From Candidatus Subterrananammoxibius californiae (GTDB lineage: Bacteria; Planctomycetota; Brocadiia; Brocadiales; Subterrananammoxibiaceae): a stretch of 64,000 bases of DNA. Under the pieces are notes generated by a model, which saw only the letters and a list, made by a program, of their open reading frames with translations, searched no databases and was not told the DNA's origin. Both the position numbers and the translations under genes were made by a program. How positions within the stretch are numbered: position 1 is the first letter of the stretch; each line of letters begins with the position of its first letter. The stretch is from NCBI GenBank assembly GCA_030586555.1, contig JAURAC010000002.1, forward strand, positions 64,001 through 128,000, given 5' to 3'. This document shows positions 39,788-48,339 of the stretch, one piece after another.

Positions 39788-40408
39788 ATGGTCTCGATAG
39801 AGGAGATGAAAAAGAAACGTTTCCAATTCCTTCATAAATTATATGAGATGGCAGAAGGAACTCAGCGTGCAAGTTTCAATATGTATGAAATCGGCAAAAA
39901 AGTAGGTTTTGACGAAGAGTTAACCAAGAATATTGCAGCGTGTCTAATGGCTGAAGGGTTAATTGAGTCTCGAGCTATTGGTGGTGGCCGTGTCGCAATC
40001 ACACATCAAGGGACTTGTGAAGTTGAGGATGCTTTATCTTATCCTGACACCCCCACTACTCATTTTCCATCACACAATATCATAATTGGTCCGGTAATAA
40101 AGTCACAAATCCAAATAGATAGCCCCCAAGCTATACAAAAGGGTATTATTGGTGATGATAAGTATAAAGAACTGAAGGAAGTAATTCAATCATTAAAAGA
40201 ATCTATTGATCAACTTGGTCTCACACCACAGGAGAAGTCTATTTTTCAAACTGATATTCAGACAATGGAGGCACAAATATCTTCCTCAAAGCCAAATGCT
40301 ACAATCATAACCGGGTGTGTTGGTTCGATTACGAGAATTCTTGAAGGAGCATCAGGTAGTATGCTTGCATCTGGGTTCATTGAAGCCTTAAAAGCCTTAT
40401 TCTCGTAA
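39788..40408 (+). CDS. Hypothetical protein with N-terminal winged-helix-like region; cassette-like
   Basis: RBS GAGGAG; L..EGLIE..ITHQG pattern; preceded by a half attC site. Confidence 0.7.
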   Translation: MVSIEEMKKKRFQFLHKLYEMAEGTQRASFNMYEIGKKVGFDEELTKNIAACLMAEGLIESRAIGGGRVAITHQGTCEVEDALSYPDTPTTHFPSHNIIIGPVIKSQIQIDSPQAIQKGIIGDDKYKELKEVIQSLKESIDQLGLTPQEKSIFQTDIQTMEAQISSSKPNATIITGCVGSITRILEGASGSMLASGFIEALKALFS

Positions 40409-40513
40409 GGATAACAAATGTATACGATGGCTAACACTACCTCTAAGTGATGTAAGTTACAATGTGTTCGTTATGCAATAAGATAAAAGGTACTGTATAA
40501 CCTGTTAAATAAC

Positions 40514-41572
40514 ATGAAAGAACTTCCATCATCAACTAATCTTCACGGTAAAATATACACCCTTATTAAACAGAATCCCCCCTCCAATCCTCCCTTTAAT
40601 AAAGGGGAGTCGTCAGATGGCGTTTCCGAGCCGTCTTTACAAGCCAACACCTTCGATAATGACACAGTGGCACTCACACTATTTTACAGGCTGGGCTTAA
40701 TAAGGAGTAAGAAGGCATGTAAAACCTCGACAGAAAAAGTCCAGAAGACAATTAATGATATAGTTACATTTAGCAGTGACAAGCCTGAAGATATTAAAGA
40801 ATCAATTGGACATTACTCTAATGGCATTTGCCGTGATGTGCCGTTGTGCGGGCAATGCGTCCTGACGGAACTTTGCAGGCACTTTAAGAAAAGGCCTACA
40901 ATAAAGCAGCTCCCTGAAGATGAAAGACCGAGAGAAAGGCTTATTAAGGGTGGGGAAGAAGGGCTTACGGATGCCGAACTGCTTGGAATAATTATAAGGG
41001 ATGGAACGCCAGAGTATAGCGCTATAGATTTAGCAAGAAAGCTCCTTACAAAATACGGCGATTTCAGGAACCTTAGCACAAAGACTATTGGTGAATTACG
41101 TAAGGTGCATGGCATAGGTCCCGCAAAGGCGGCGCAGATTAAGGCTGCAATGGCTATTGCAAGACGATTCTCAACCGTTTCCTTGCAACCAGGAACTCAG
41201 TTTAAAAGCAGCAAGGATATATTTGTACACTTCCATGAGCAACTGCGGGATAAAAAACAGGAAACATTCCGTGTCGTTCTTCTCGATAACAAAAACAGGA
41301 TAATAAAAGAAATCCCTGTATCAACTGGAAGCCTGTCACAAAGCGTTGTACACCCACGGGAAGTATTTAATCCCGCCATAAGGGAATCAGCCGCCGCAGT
41401 TGTCTTTGTCCACAACCATCCAAGCGGAGACCCGTTACCAAGCAGTGAAGATATTGAGCTTACCCAACGCCTAAAAGAAGTGAGCCAGTTAGTAGGCATA
41501 AAGATTCTCGACCATATTATCATAGGAAATGGTTGTTACACCAGTTTCAAGGACGAGGGCTTACTTTTTTGA
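40514..41572 (+). CDS. radC: RadC/JAB-domain protein with N-terminal 4-Cys extension
   Basis: ERPRERL, GIGPAKAAQI, VHPREVF, HNHPSGDP, ILDHIIIG. Confidence 0.92.
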   Translation: MKELPSSTNLHGKIYTLIKQNPPSNPPFNKGESSDGVSEPSLQANTFDNDTVALTLFYRLGLIRSKKACKTSTEKVQKTINDIVTFSSDKPEDIKESIGHYSNGICRDVPLCGQCVLTELCRHFKKRPTIKQLPEDERPRERLIKGGEEGLTDAELLGIIIRDGTPEYSAIDLARKLLTKYGDFRNLSTKTIGELRKVHGIGPAKAAQIKAAMAIARRFSTVSLQPGTQFKSSKDIFVHFHEQLRDKKQETFRVVLLDNKNRIIKEIPVSTGSLSQSVVHPREVFNPAIRESAAAVVFVHNHPSGDPLPSSEDIELTQRLKEVSQLVGIKILDHIIIGNGCYTSFKDEGLLF

Positions 41573-42339
41573 AAAAGGTTAGCGGATTAATTATATTATT
41601 TTTCCTATTAGTTTCTCTTATCCTTAAACCTGCTGTGCTTTTGGGCGACGACTTGCAGTCACTTTTGAACAAGGCAAGAAAGTATTACTCAACAAGAGAA
41701 AATGGGGAATCGCTTGAGAACGCTATAAAGACCTCTGAAGAAGCCCTGAAGATAGTTGGCAATGATGACAAAAAAGCTAAAGCATCAATATATGTGGAAC
41801 TTTCAAAATACCACTTTAAGCTCGGCGAGCATCATGTAAAGGATAATAAGTCAGAGGTATTCTTTAAAGGCATTGAATATGCCCAACTGGCAATATCTCT
41901 GGACCAAGAAAATGCTGGAGGGTACTACTGGAAGGCAGCCAATCTGGGCAGATGGGGTGAGACAAATAAGTTTGGTTTTCTTGCAAGGCGCAGCGAATTT
42001 GAAGATGCACTTAAAGAAGTAATTGCACGAGACCGTCCGTATGATTACTGGGGAGCAGATAGAACCCTTGCGGCGTACTATATCCCCAGAGTGCTTTTCT
42101 GGGGTGATAGAAAGAAGGCTATTGAGCACATTGAAATGGCTGTTAAAGGAGAGCCAGCATACCTCTGGAACTTGATGATTCAGGCAGAGGTCTATCAGGG
42201 CGTTGACAAAGACAAATCCGAGGCTATCCTTCAATCCATCCTTAAGCAGGATATTAACCAATTACCCGATGCAAGATTTGAGAACATGTGGATACAGGAA
42301 AAGGCTAAAAGCATGAACCAGACCACAAACCATCCGTGA
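41569..42339 (+). CDS. Secreted TPR-like protein
   Basis: TTG start overlapping radC stop; signal peptide; GYYWKAANLG helical repeats. Confidence 0.7.
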   Translation: MKKVSGLIILFFLLVSLILKPAVLLGDDLQSLLNKARKYYSTRENGESLENAIKTSEEALKIVGNDDKKAKASIYVELSKYHFKLGEHHVKDNKSEVFFKGIEYAQLAISLDQENAGGYYWKAANLGRWGETNKFGFLARRSEFEDALKEVIARDRPYDYWGADRTLAAYYIPRVLFWGDRKKAIEHIEMAVKGEPAYLWNLMIQAEVYQGVDKDKSEAILQSILKQDINQLPDARFENMWIQEKAKSMNQTTNHP

Positions 42340-42389
42340 TTTTATATTGACAACGCCTATTTTGTTGCGTAACATGAGGGAAACGAGGT

Positions 42390-42468
42390 CGGGGCGTGGC
42401 GCAGCTCGGATTAGCGCGCTTGCTTGGGGTGCAAGAGGTCGCTGGTTCAAATCCAGTCGCCCCGACCA
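42390..42468 (+). tRNA. tRNA-Pro(GGG)
   Basis: CGGGGCG/CGCCCCG-ACCA; anticodon loop TTGGGGT. Confidence 0.95.
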
Positions 42469-42490
42469 TTTTTTTCTGGGAAAACAAGAT

Positions 42491-42907
42491 ATGAAAAAAG
42501 TACTTGTAAGTTTTGTTGTAGCAGTTTTATTTTTAAGCCTAACAAACATAGGAGCGGTCCTGTCAGTTGACGTTTTTGCAGGCGAGGAGAAGGTTGCAAC
42601 CATCTCCCCCAATGAACTTAAACAGCGACTCGATTCTAAGAATGTTCCGATTCTATTAGATGTTAGGGAAGTAAAGGAATTAGCGGATGACCTTGGTCAT
42701 TTGCCCGGAATTAAGCATATCCCCATCGGCAGCCTGAGCAGTCGCCTATCTGAACTGGATGCGGATAAGGATAAGGAAATTGTAACAATATGCCGCATGG
42801 GTGGGCGTGCCACCAAGGCAGCCAAAATCCTTACGAAGGCTGGGTTCAAGGACGTAAAGGTGCTTGAAGGCGGCATGAGCGCCTACCGCAAGGCTGAAGG
42901 GCAATAA
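42491..42907 (+). CDS. Periplasmic rhodanese-like protein
   Basis: Signal peptide; LLDVRE, GHLPG, ICRMGGRA, LEGGM. Confidence 0.9.
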   Translation: MKKVLVSFVVAVLFLSLTNIGAVLSVDVFAGEEKVATISPNELKQRLDSKNVPILLDVREVKELADDLGHLPGIKHIPIGSLSSRLSELDADKDKEIVTICRMGGRATKAAKILTKAGFKDVKVLEGGMSAYRKAEGQ

Positions 42908-42980
42908 ATAAATAGGAGTGACAATTTCAATCTTGACACATATTGTAATTACATTATAATTACGTTTGAGGTGTTACACT

Positions 42981-43238
42981 ATGAAAGCAACTATAGTTCC
43001 AATAGGCAATTCTAAAGGAATCAGGATACCCAAGACAATATTAGAACAATGTCATATTGAAAAGGAGGTTGTTTTGAAAGTCGAAGATGATAATATAATT
43101 CTTAAACCTGTCAAAAAAGAACCGAGAAAAAACTGGGAACAGTATTTTAAAAAAATGAAAAAAAACTAAAGAAGACCGATTAATTATTGATGACAAAATT
43201 GATTTGGATATGGTGGGTTGGGAGTGGTATGAAGGATA
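42981..43238 (+). pseudogene. AbrB/MazE antitoxin with frameshift in an A8 tract
   Basis: IGNSKGIRIPK; stops at 43169, but a MazE-like tail KEDRLIIDDKIDLDMVGWEW continues in another frame. Confidence 0.7.
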
Positions 43239-43387
43239 AAAAATTTGATGCAGTAAAGATGATGAGAGAAATACGGGATAGGTTGAGTCAGGAATACACT
43301 AAAGACCCGGAAGCCGAGAAAAGAGATTTGGAACTTATAAGAAAAAAATATAAAATAAAGGATAAAAAAGTTAGTGCCCGTTCCTAA
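43229..43387 (+). CDS. Small TA-associated-type hypothetical protein
   Basis: RBS GGAG; MKDKKFDAVKMMREIRDRLS. Confidence 0.6.
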   Translation: MKDKKFDAVKMMREIRDRLSQEYTKDPEAEKRDLELIRKKYKIKDKKVSARS

Positions 43388-43579
43388 TAAAGCAAACTTG
43401 GACTACTCCGCAAGAAGTTCTGGCATTTAATGAGGCAAAAAAGAAAGAGCAATTTACCTAAATGAGGGAGTGATACGCCCTGTATTTTCTTACAAGAATG
43501 CAGGGCACCCAAAGAAGGAGAAGCAAAAGAAATAGGGAAAATGTCCCTTTTAACCCATCTTCATTCAAGGAGAGCTCAC

Positions 43580-44209
43580 ATGGCTGACATTTACGAGTAC
43601 TGGATTGGTAGAAACATAGACTACGACGGCATCTGGGAAGCATATGATAATGGCAGTGGATACATCCAGAAATACTATTCAATGCGGGTTCACTTGATTC
43701 AGATAAAGATTTCACAACATCCAAAGGAACTGCCACTGTTTAATCACGAGGCTGTTTTCAAGACCATCAAAGGGTACTTTCACGATTTGAAACATCTTTG
43801 CCTTGACCGAGATACGTACAATTCGGCTGGACCATTATTTATCTACAGCATCGAAAGAGCTTCAGGAATATATGAGTTCCTCGGAGAACTCAGGCAGTTA
43901 TTGCTGTTTGGAACCACTCTTGCCGACGAAAAAATTGTAGGAGAAAAACTCTCTAACCTGGACAAACGGATAGAGTTTCTCAAAAAACATTTCGGAAATG
44001 CAATCACTCTGGAGGATTTCCAGAGATTCATGAAGGCAAAGACACCACGTCAACTTGAAAAAGCTGTTCAACGCTTGATTCAAGAGGGAATCGAAAACAT
44101 TCAGATTTCACAGAAACCTTTCGTTGGTAACATTGAGGATACAAAATCCAGCTTGATAGATGTTAAGTCTTTGCTAAACGAAGCTGACGAAGGTAAAAGT
44201 GCCAGCTAA
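43580..44209 (+). CDS. Hypothetical protein; integron-cassette-like
   Basis: RBS AAGGAG; stop codon lies inside an attC-like inverse core. Confidence 0.7.
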   Translation: MADIYEYWIGRNIDYDGIWEAYDNGSGYIQKYYSMRVHLIQIKISQHPKELPLFNHEAVFKTIKGYFHDLKHLCLDRDTYNSAGPLFIYSIERASGIYEFLGELRQLLLFGTTLADEKIVGEKLSNLDKRIEFLKKHFGNAITLEDFQRFMKAKTPRQLEKAVQRLIQEGIENIQISQKPFVGNIEDTKSSLIDVKSLLNEADEGKSAS

Positions 44210-44302
44210 CCAGCGGCTCAAGCTGACGGATTGAGTAGACTACAAACTAATGCTCGATTGCGGTAAATGATAAAAGAGTTGGTAGGGACGCTTCCCATAT
44301 TT

Positions 44303-44363
44303 TCTAACATTTTGCCAGGGCTAATTCGTCTATAAAATATTATGTAAAAAAGTATAAATTTAA
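44303..44363 (-). repeat. Third copy of radical SAM gene 3' end plus PIN gene 3' end
   Basis: Reads LNLYFFT* then DELALAKC* on the minus strand. Confidence 0.85.
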
Positions 44364-44364
44364 A

Positions 44365-44685
44365 TTATTTTCTTCCCCTTCTTTCTTTATGTTGATAAGT
44401 TATAAAACTAATCCAACCCTTGTAATCTTTCTTTGTATCTTTTTCTATTGCAATAATCCAGACATCAATTATCTGACGTTCAATGGTAAATAAAATTCTC
44501 CAACGGCCAACCCTTTTTCTAAAAATTTTGGGGGCATTCTTTAAGGACTTAATATTAGAACTCTGTAATCCCTTTTGTTCCAGTTCATCTAAAGCGTTTA
44601 CTAACCTCCGAAAAGCCCTTTTATCCTTCTGAGAAATTTCTTCAAGTGCTTCTTCGGCAAATGTATTAATAATTAACTTAAACAT
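44365..44685 (-). CDS. RelE/ParE-family toxin
   Basis: NIKSLK..IFRKRVGRWRILF. Confidence 0.85.
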   Translation of the reverse strand: MFKLIINTFAEEALEEISQKDKRAFRRLVNALDELEQKGLQSSNIKSLKNAPKIFRKRVGRWRILFTIERQIIDVWIIAIEKDTKKDYKGWISFITYQHKERRGRK

Positions 44686-44836
44686 TCTTCATCAGCTTCT
44701 TTTTCAGTTCCTTCCACTCTTTGCCATGATGAGCTTGGGATTTCATCGCCTCTAAAACAAGTATGGTATCCAATAAGTCTTCATACTTGATCAGAACCTT
44801 TTTTTCAAGTTTTCTTAAGCTTTTTGTCGTAATCAT
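44678..44836 (-). CDS. Putative antitoxin
   Basis: RBS GGAG; YEDLLDT...WKELKK; overlaps toxin start. Confidence 0.7.
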   Translation of the reverse strand: MITTKSLRKLEKKVLIKYEDLLDTILVLEAMKSQAHHGKEWKELKKKLMKNV

Positions 44837-44982
44837 TTGTAACTCCCATAATTTTAAATATCTAAAATTCAGGAACGGGGTACACTTCCCGTATTTTCGG
44901 GAAACTAAATTCATGCTGATGCGTCAACCAGAACCATTGGCTAACTTCGGATTCCTGTCTACTGTTTGCTATCTTCTGTCTT

Positions 44983-45009
44983 TTTAACACTTTGCCAGCG
45001 CTAATTCCT
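44983..45009 (-). repeat. Second copy of radical SAM gene 3' end
   Basis: 27/27 identical to 45979-46005. Confidence 0.95.
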
Positions 45010-45021
45010 CTTTTAATAATA

Positions 45022-45108
45022 TTACGTGAAGGCGTATAAATTTAACCTGGTTTCTTTCTGAATAATCTCAAAATGTTTATCCAGAGTCAAAAGTTTTACA
45101 TTATTTGT
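45022..45108 (-). pseudogene. C-terminal remnant of a PIN/VapC toxin
   Basis: TNNVKLLTLDKHFEIIQKETRLNLYAFT*; truncated at a palindromic repeat. Confidence 0.7.
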
Positions 45109-45165
45109 GGTAGACAACGAGGTTTTACCTCGTTGATTCAACGAACATAAAGTTCGTTGCCTACC
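45109..45165. repeat. GTAG-type REP doublet (GTAGACAACGA..TCGTTG)
   Basis: Near-identical inverted copy at about 63625-63688. Confidence 0.85.
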
Positions 45166-45291
45166 TTATTCTATACGGACAAATAAAGGAGATTCTTCAC
45201 TTCGCTCAGAATGACACTCTGTATTAGTTTGTCCATGCCACCCTACCTTTATTGTTAAGGTTTTTATAAAATTTGAATGCATCTGTTCTAT

Positions 45292-45693
45292 TTAGAATAA
45301 CCAGTTTTCTACACTTATATCATCTACAATACCAAAGTGCCGGTCGGTTGTCAGGATTGTAATGTTATGAATCCGCGCAACAGCGGCAATCTGGGCATCA
45401 ATGGATGGGATAGGCATTCCTTTTGCTTTTTGTTCTGCTTGAATCTTCCCGAACTCCTCCGCTGCAATTACGTCGTAGTCCCAAAGGATAACATCTTCAA
45501 GGAATCCTTTTAGTTGTAACAAGTTTTCCTCCTTCCTTTTACTGGCATAAACTGCAAAGAATAGCTCACCGAGAATACTTACTGATATGCCAAACCTTGA
45601 ACCGCTATTTTTTAAGGCATTAACATTCAAAGAAAGGGATTTATTTCCTTCCAGTATCTTACTGGCATGGTTTGTATCAAATAGATAATCCAA
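45292..45693 (-). CDS. vapC: PIN-domain VapC toxin
   Basis: YLFDTN, LGEL, IDAQIAAVA, LTTDRHF. Confidence 0.92.
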   Translation of the reverse strand: MDYLFDTNHASKILEGNKSLSLNVNALKNSGSRFGISVSILGELFFAVYASKRKEENLLQLKGFLEDVILWDYDVIAAEEFGKIQAEQKAKGMPIPSIDAQIAAVARIHNITILTTDRHFGIVDDISVENWLF

Positions 45694-45702
45694 CCTAATC
45701 CT

Positions 45703-45870
45703 CTATTCTCTTAATTTTTGTATGTCCTTTAATATATTATCAAGTTCTCCCTTTTCAAATTTCCATGTCCCCATGTGCTTTAATATTGCCTCGGGTGAGC
45801 CCTTTTCTGGCTCTTTCTTTTTTCGCTTAGATGCGGAAATAAGTTTGGTACGACAAATTGGTCTTCTCAT
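45703..45870 (-). CDS. Putative antitoxin (55 aa, absent from ORF track)
   Basis: RBS AGGAGG; KGSPEAILKHMGTWKFEKGELDNILKDIQKLRE; upstream of vapC. Confidence 0.75.
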   Translation of the reverse strand: MRRPICRTKLISASKRKKKEPEKGSPEAILKHMGTWKFEKGELDNILKDIQKLRE

Positions 45871-45979
45871 TGTCTTTCCTCCTTTCTGCTATTTTCAATC
45901 GTTCTTTGAACCAAAGAAAGAGCACGGACAAACACGACCTGTCCACTGGATGGGTGTCCCCGCCGTGCCACTCTACTAT

Positions 45980-47227
45980 TTAACACTTTGCCAGCGCTAA
46001 TTCCTGGGCTAAGTCTTCCATGAGCACTTCATTGGGAATATCCTCAATTGCCACTGGTAGTTTTACGTCTGGCGGAAGGGGGTCTATGTACTTCTTTCGG
46101 TATGCCTTGCTTTGCATGCGGCAGGTGGGGTATCGTTTGTTAAAATCGGGGTGCGATGTCATCTTGTGCCATATCGCCTGTATGGGCATTTGCCTGACAT
46201 TGCCAAAATTGATGGGGTTAAAGTCGCAGGGGTTAATATCGCCGTAAGCAGTCATATAAAATTGTGATTGCGCCCCGTAACAGCCAACCCCGAGTGGTGA
46301 GTTGATAAGCGCCATGGCGTTAACGCCCATTGGATGGTCCATCTCGTAGTACTTCTTTGAGAGGGCAATTAACTGCCGTCTATCATCCGGGCTAAGTATC
46401 TTGGATGTGTCTTTAAGATACCTTCCAGAGGGGATGCAGTCGAATATTGTGACCTCGTGGAATCCTTCTCTTTGAGCTATTTGCAGGAGCTTTTCGACCT
46501 GACCAGACCGGAGGCTTTCCCTGCTTGCATACGTAGAGATGCCTGTTAAAATGCCAGCCTCTCTTGCCCTTGCGGCGCCGTCAAACGCCTTCTGATAGCA
46601 GCCTGGGACTGCCCTGAATTTGTTGTGCAGTTCAGGCTCGCTGCTATCAATGGAGATGTTCAATGTTGCAAGACCAGCCTTCGCAAGCCTTTTAACGTTT
46701 GCATCCGTCAAGAGGAGTCCGTTTGTAAATATCATAGCGATGGCTTTAGATTTGTCCACATGCTCAATGAGTTCTGGCAGGTCGTCCCGCAGGAGCGGCT
46801 CACCGCCAACATAGATTATAAGGCTTGCACCCAGTTCCAATGCACCGTCAACAACGGTTTTAATTTCCTCCGTGGTCAGTTCCTCTCTTGTAGGGTCAAC
46901 AAATGGGTCGGCACTACAGTGGATGCAACGGCACTGGCATTTATGGGTGATTGCAATATTTGCCGTGACAGGATATGCCCGCTTGTGAAGCATCATCTTT
47001 ACGCTTCTAACGAGGAATCTCATGCCAGCCTCGGTTGGATGAGGTGGGTTATAAAGATTATATACATGCGCCCCATTTACCTTTGCGATTACCTTGAGGG
47101 AATTAAGCTTGTTGAAGAATTTATCAACGAAAGGCTGTAACAATTCACCTAATGAACCGCCAGCCTTTCCAATAATCTCTCCGTTTTCTATCTTAGCATC
47201 AATGTGTAAAAAATCGAATTGGCTCAT
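45980..47227 (-). CDS. Radical SAM protein with C-terminal SPASM/twitch-like domain
   Basis: CQCRCIHC, GGEPLL, C..GDINPCDF..GNV. Confidence 0.9.
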   Translation of the reverse strand: MSQFDFLHIDAKIENGEIIGKAGGSLGELLQPFVDKFFNKLNSLKVIAKVNGAHVYNLYNPPHPTEAGMRFLVRSVKMMLHKRAYPVTANIAITHKCQCRCIHCSADPFVDPTREELTTEEIKTVVDGALELGASLIIYVGGEPLLRDDLPELIEHVDKSKAIAMIFTNGLLLTDANVKRLAKAGLATLNISIDSSEPELHNKFRAVPGCYQKAFDGAARAREAGILTGISTYASRESLRSGQVEKLLQIAQREGFHEVTIFDCIPSGRYLKDTSKILSPDDRRQLIALSKKYYEMDHPMGVNAMALINSPLGVGCYGAQSQFYMTAYGDINPCDFNPINFGNVRQMPIQAIWHKMTSHPDFNKRYPTCRMQSKAYRKKYIDPLPPDVKLPVAIEDIPNEVLMEDLAQELALAKC

Positions 47228-48246
47228 TTCTTTTCTCCCCTAACTGCTTTCAGGGTTTTCTCAATTTCGTTTGTAATATATGTAGCCACTTCAAGTGTCA
47301 TCATTCCATCCTCTCCGGAGACAAGTGGTTTTTTGCCATCTTGAATGCATTCAACGAAGGATTCCAATTCCTTCTGCAAAGGCTCATAATTATCCATGGT
47401 TAATCTTTCTATATGCAGAAGACCTCCAAAATCAAAATTCTTAAGGTCTGCGATTGATGAAAAGTCCGTCTCCTTAATATTTAATGATTCAAGAGTAAGG
47501 TGCGGAGATTTCTTAAATATTAACGCTTCGCGCTTCTGGTAGTCAAGGGAAATATATGCATCTTCTGAAAAGATGCGTATCTTGCGCATGGGCGTGAGCG
47601 CCACGCGGCTCGCTGTGATGTTTGCAACGCATCCGTTCTCAAAAAGGATGCGCGCATTGGCAATATCCTCCTTTTCAGAAATCATATTTATTCCAAAGGC
47701 ATCAATTTTCTTTACCTTCGAGTTGGCTAAATGCAGGATAATATCAATATCGTGAACCATCAAGTCAAACACTGCTCCTATATCAGCTGAACGAAAGGTA
47801 AAGGGACGAAGTCTGTGGCATTCAATAAACCTTGGTGTTATGGGGTATTTCTGTATTGCCATAATTGCTGGATTAAAGCGTTCAATATAACCAACCTGCA
47901 AGACTGCATTATGGCTTTTGCTTATTTCAACAAGTTCTTTTGCCTCTGTTAGCGTAGAGGACATTGGTTTTTCTACAAGCACATGAATATCCCTCTGGAG
48001 GAAGTCCTTAGCAATCTGCCAATGCAAACGTGTAGGCACGGCAATACTAACGGCATCCACACTATCCATTACTTCCTTATAGTCCGTAAAGAACCGTGTA
48101 TGGCAGTCCCTGGAGACCGTTTCTCCCTGAACCTTGTTGGTATCCACAACCGCCACAAGTTCCACATTCGGCATACCTGCATACACGCGGGCATGTTCCT
48201 TGCCGAGATGTCCGACGCCAATGACCGCAACCCTCAGTTTACTCAT
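47224..48246 (-). CDS. Gfo/Idh/MocA oxidoreductase (GnnA-like)
   Basis: GVGHLG, VEKP, ERFNPA, DLMVHDID; directly after lpxA. Confidence 0.85.
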   Translation of the reverse strand: MSKLRVAVIGVGHLGKEHARVYAGMPNVELVAVVDTNKVQGETVSRDCHTRFFTDYKEVMDSVDAVSIAVPTRLHWQIAKDFLQRDIHVLVEKPMSSTLTEAKELVEISKSHNAVLQVGYIERFNPAIMAIQKYPITPRFIECHRLRPFTFRSADIGAVFDLMVHDIDIILHLANSKVKKIDAFGINMISEKEDIANARILFENGCVANITASRVALTPMRKIRIFSEDAYISLDYQKREALIFKKSPHLTLESLNIKETDFSSIADLKNFDFGGLLHIERLTMDNYEPLQKELESFVECIQDGKKPLVSGEDGMMTLEVATYITNEIEKTLKAVRGEKK

Positions 48247-48339
48247 GTCGAAAACCTATTACTTCTTTTGAAAAGAAGCACGGACAAACAAGTTTGTCCA
48301 TGCCACCCGTTCAAATTAATTTTTGATTTTGGATTTAAG

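Noticed and set aside
44323..44350. XerD-like arm TTATGTAAAAA
   Set aside because: It is the reverse complement of the last codons and stop of a PIN gene end; spacing does not fit dif
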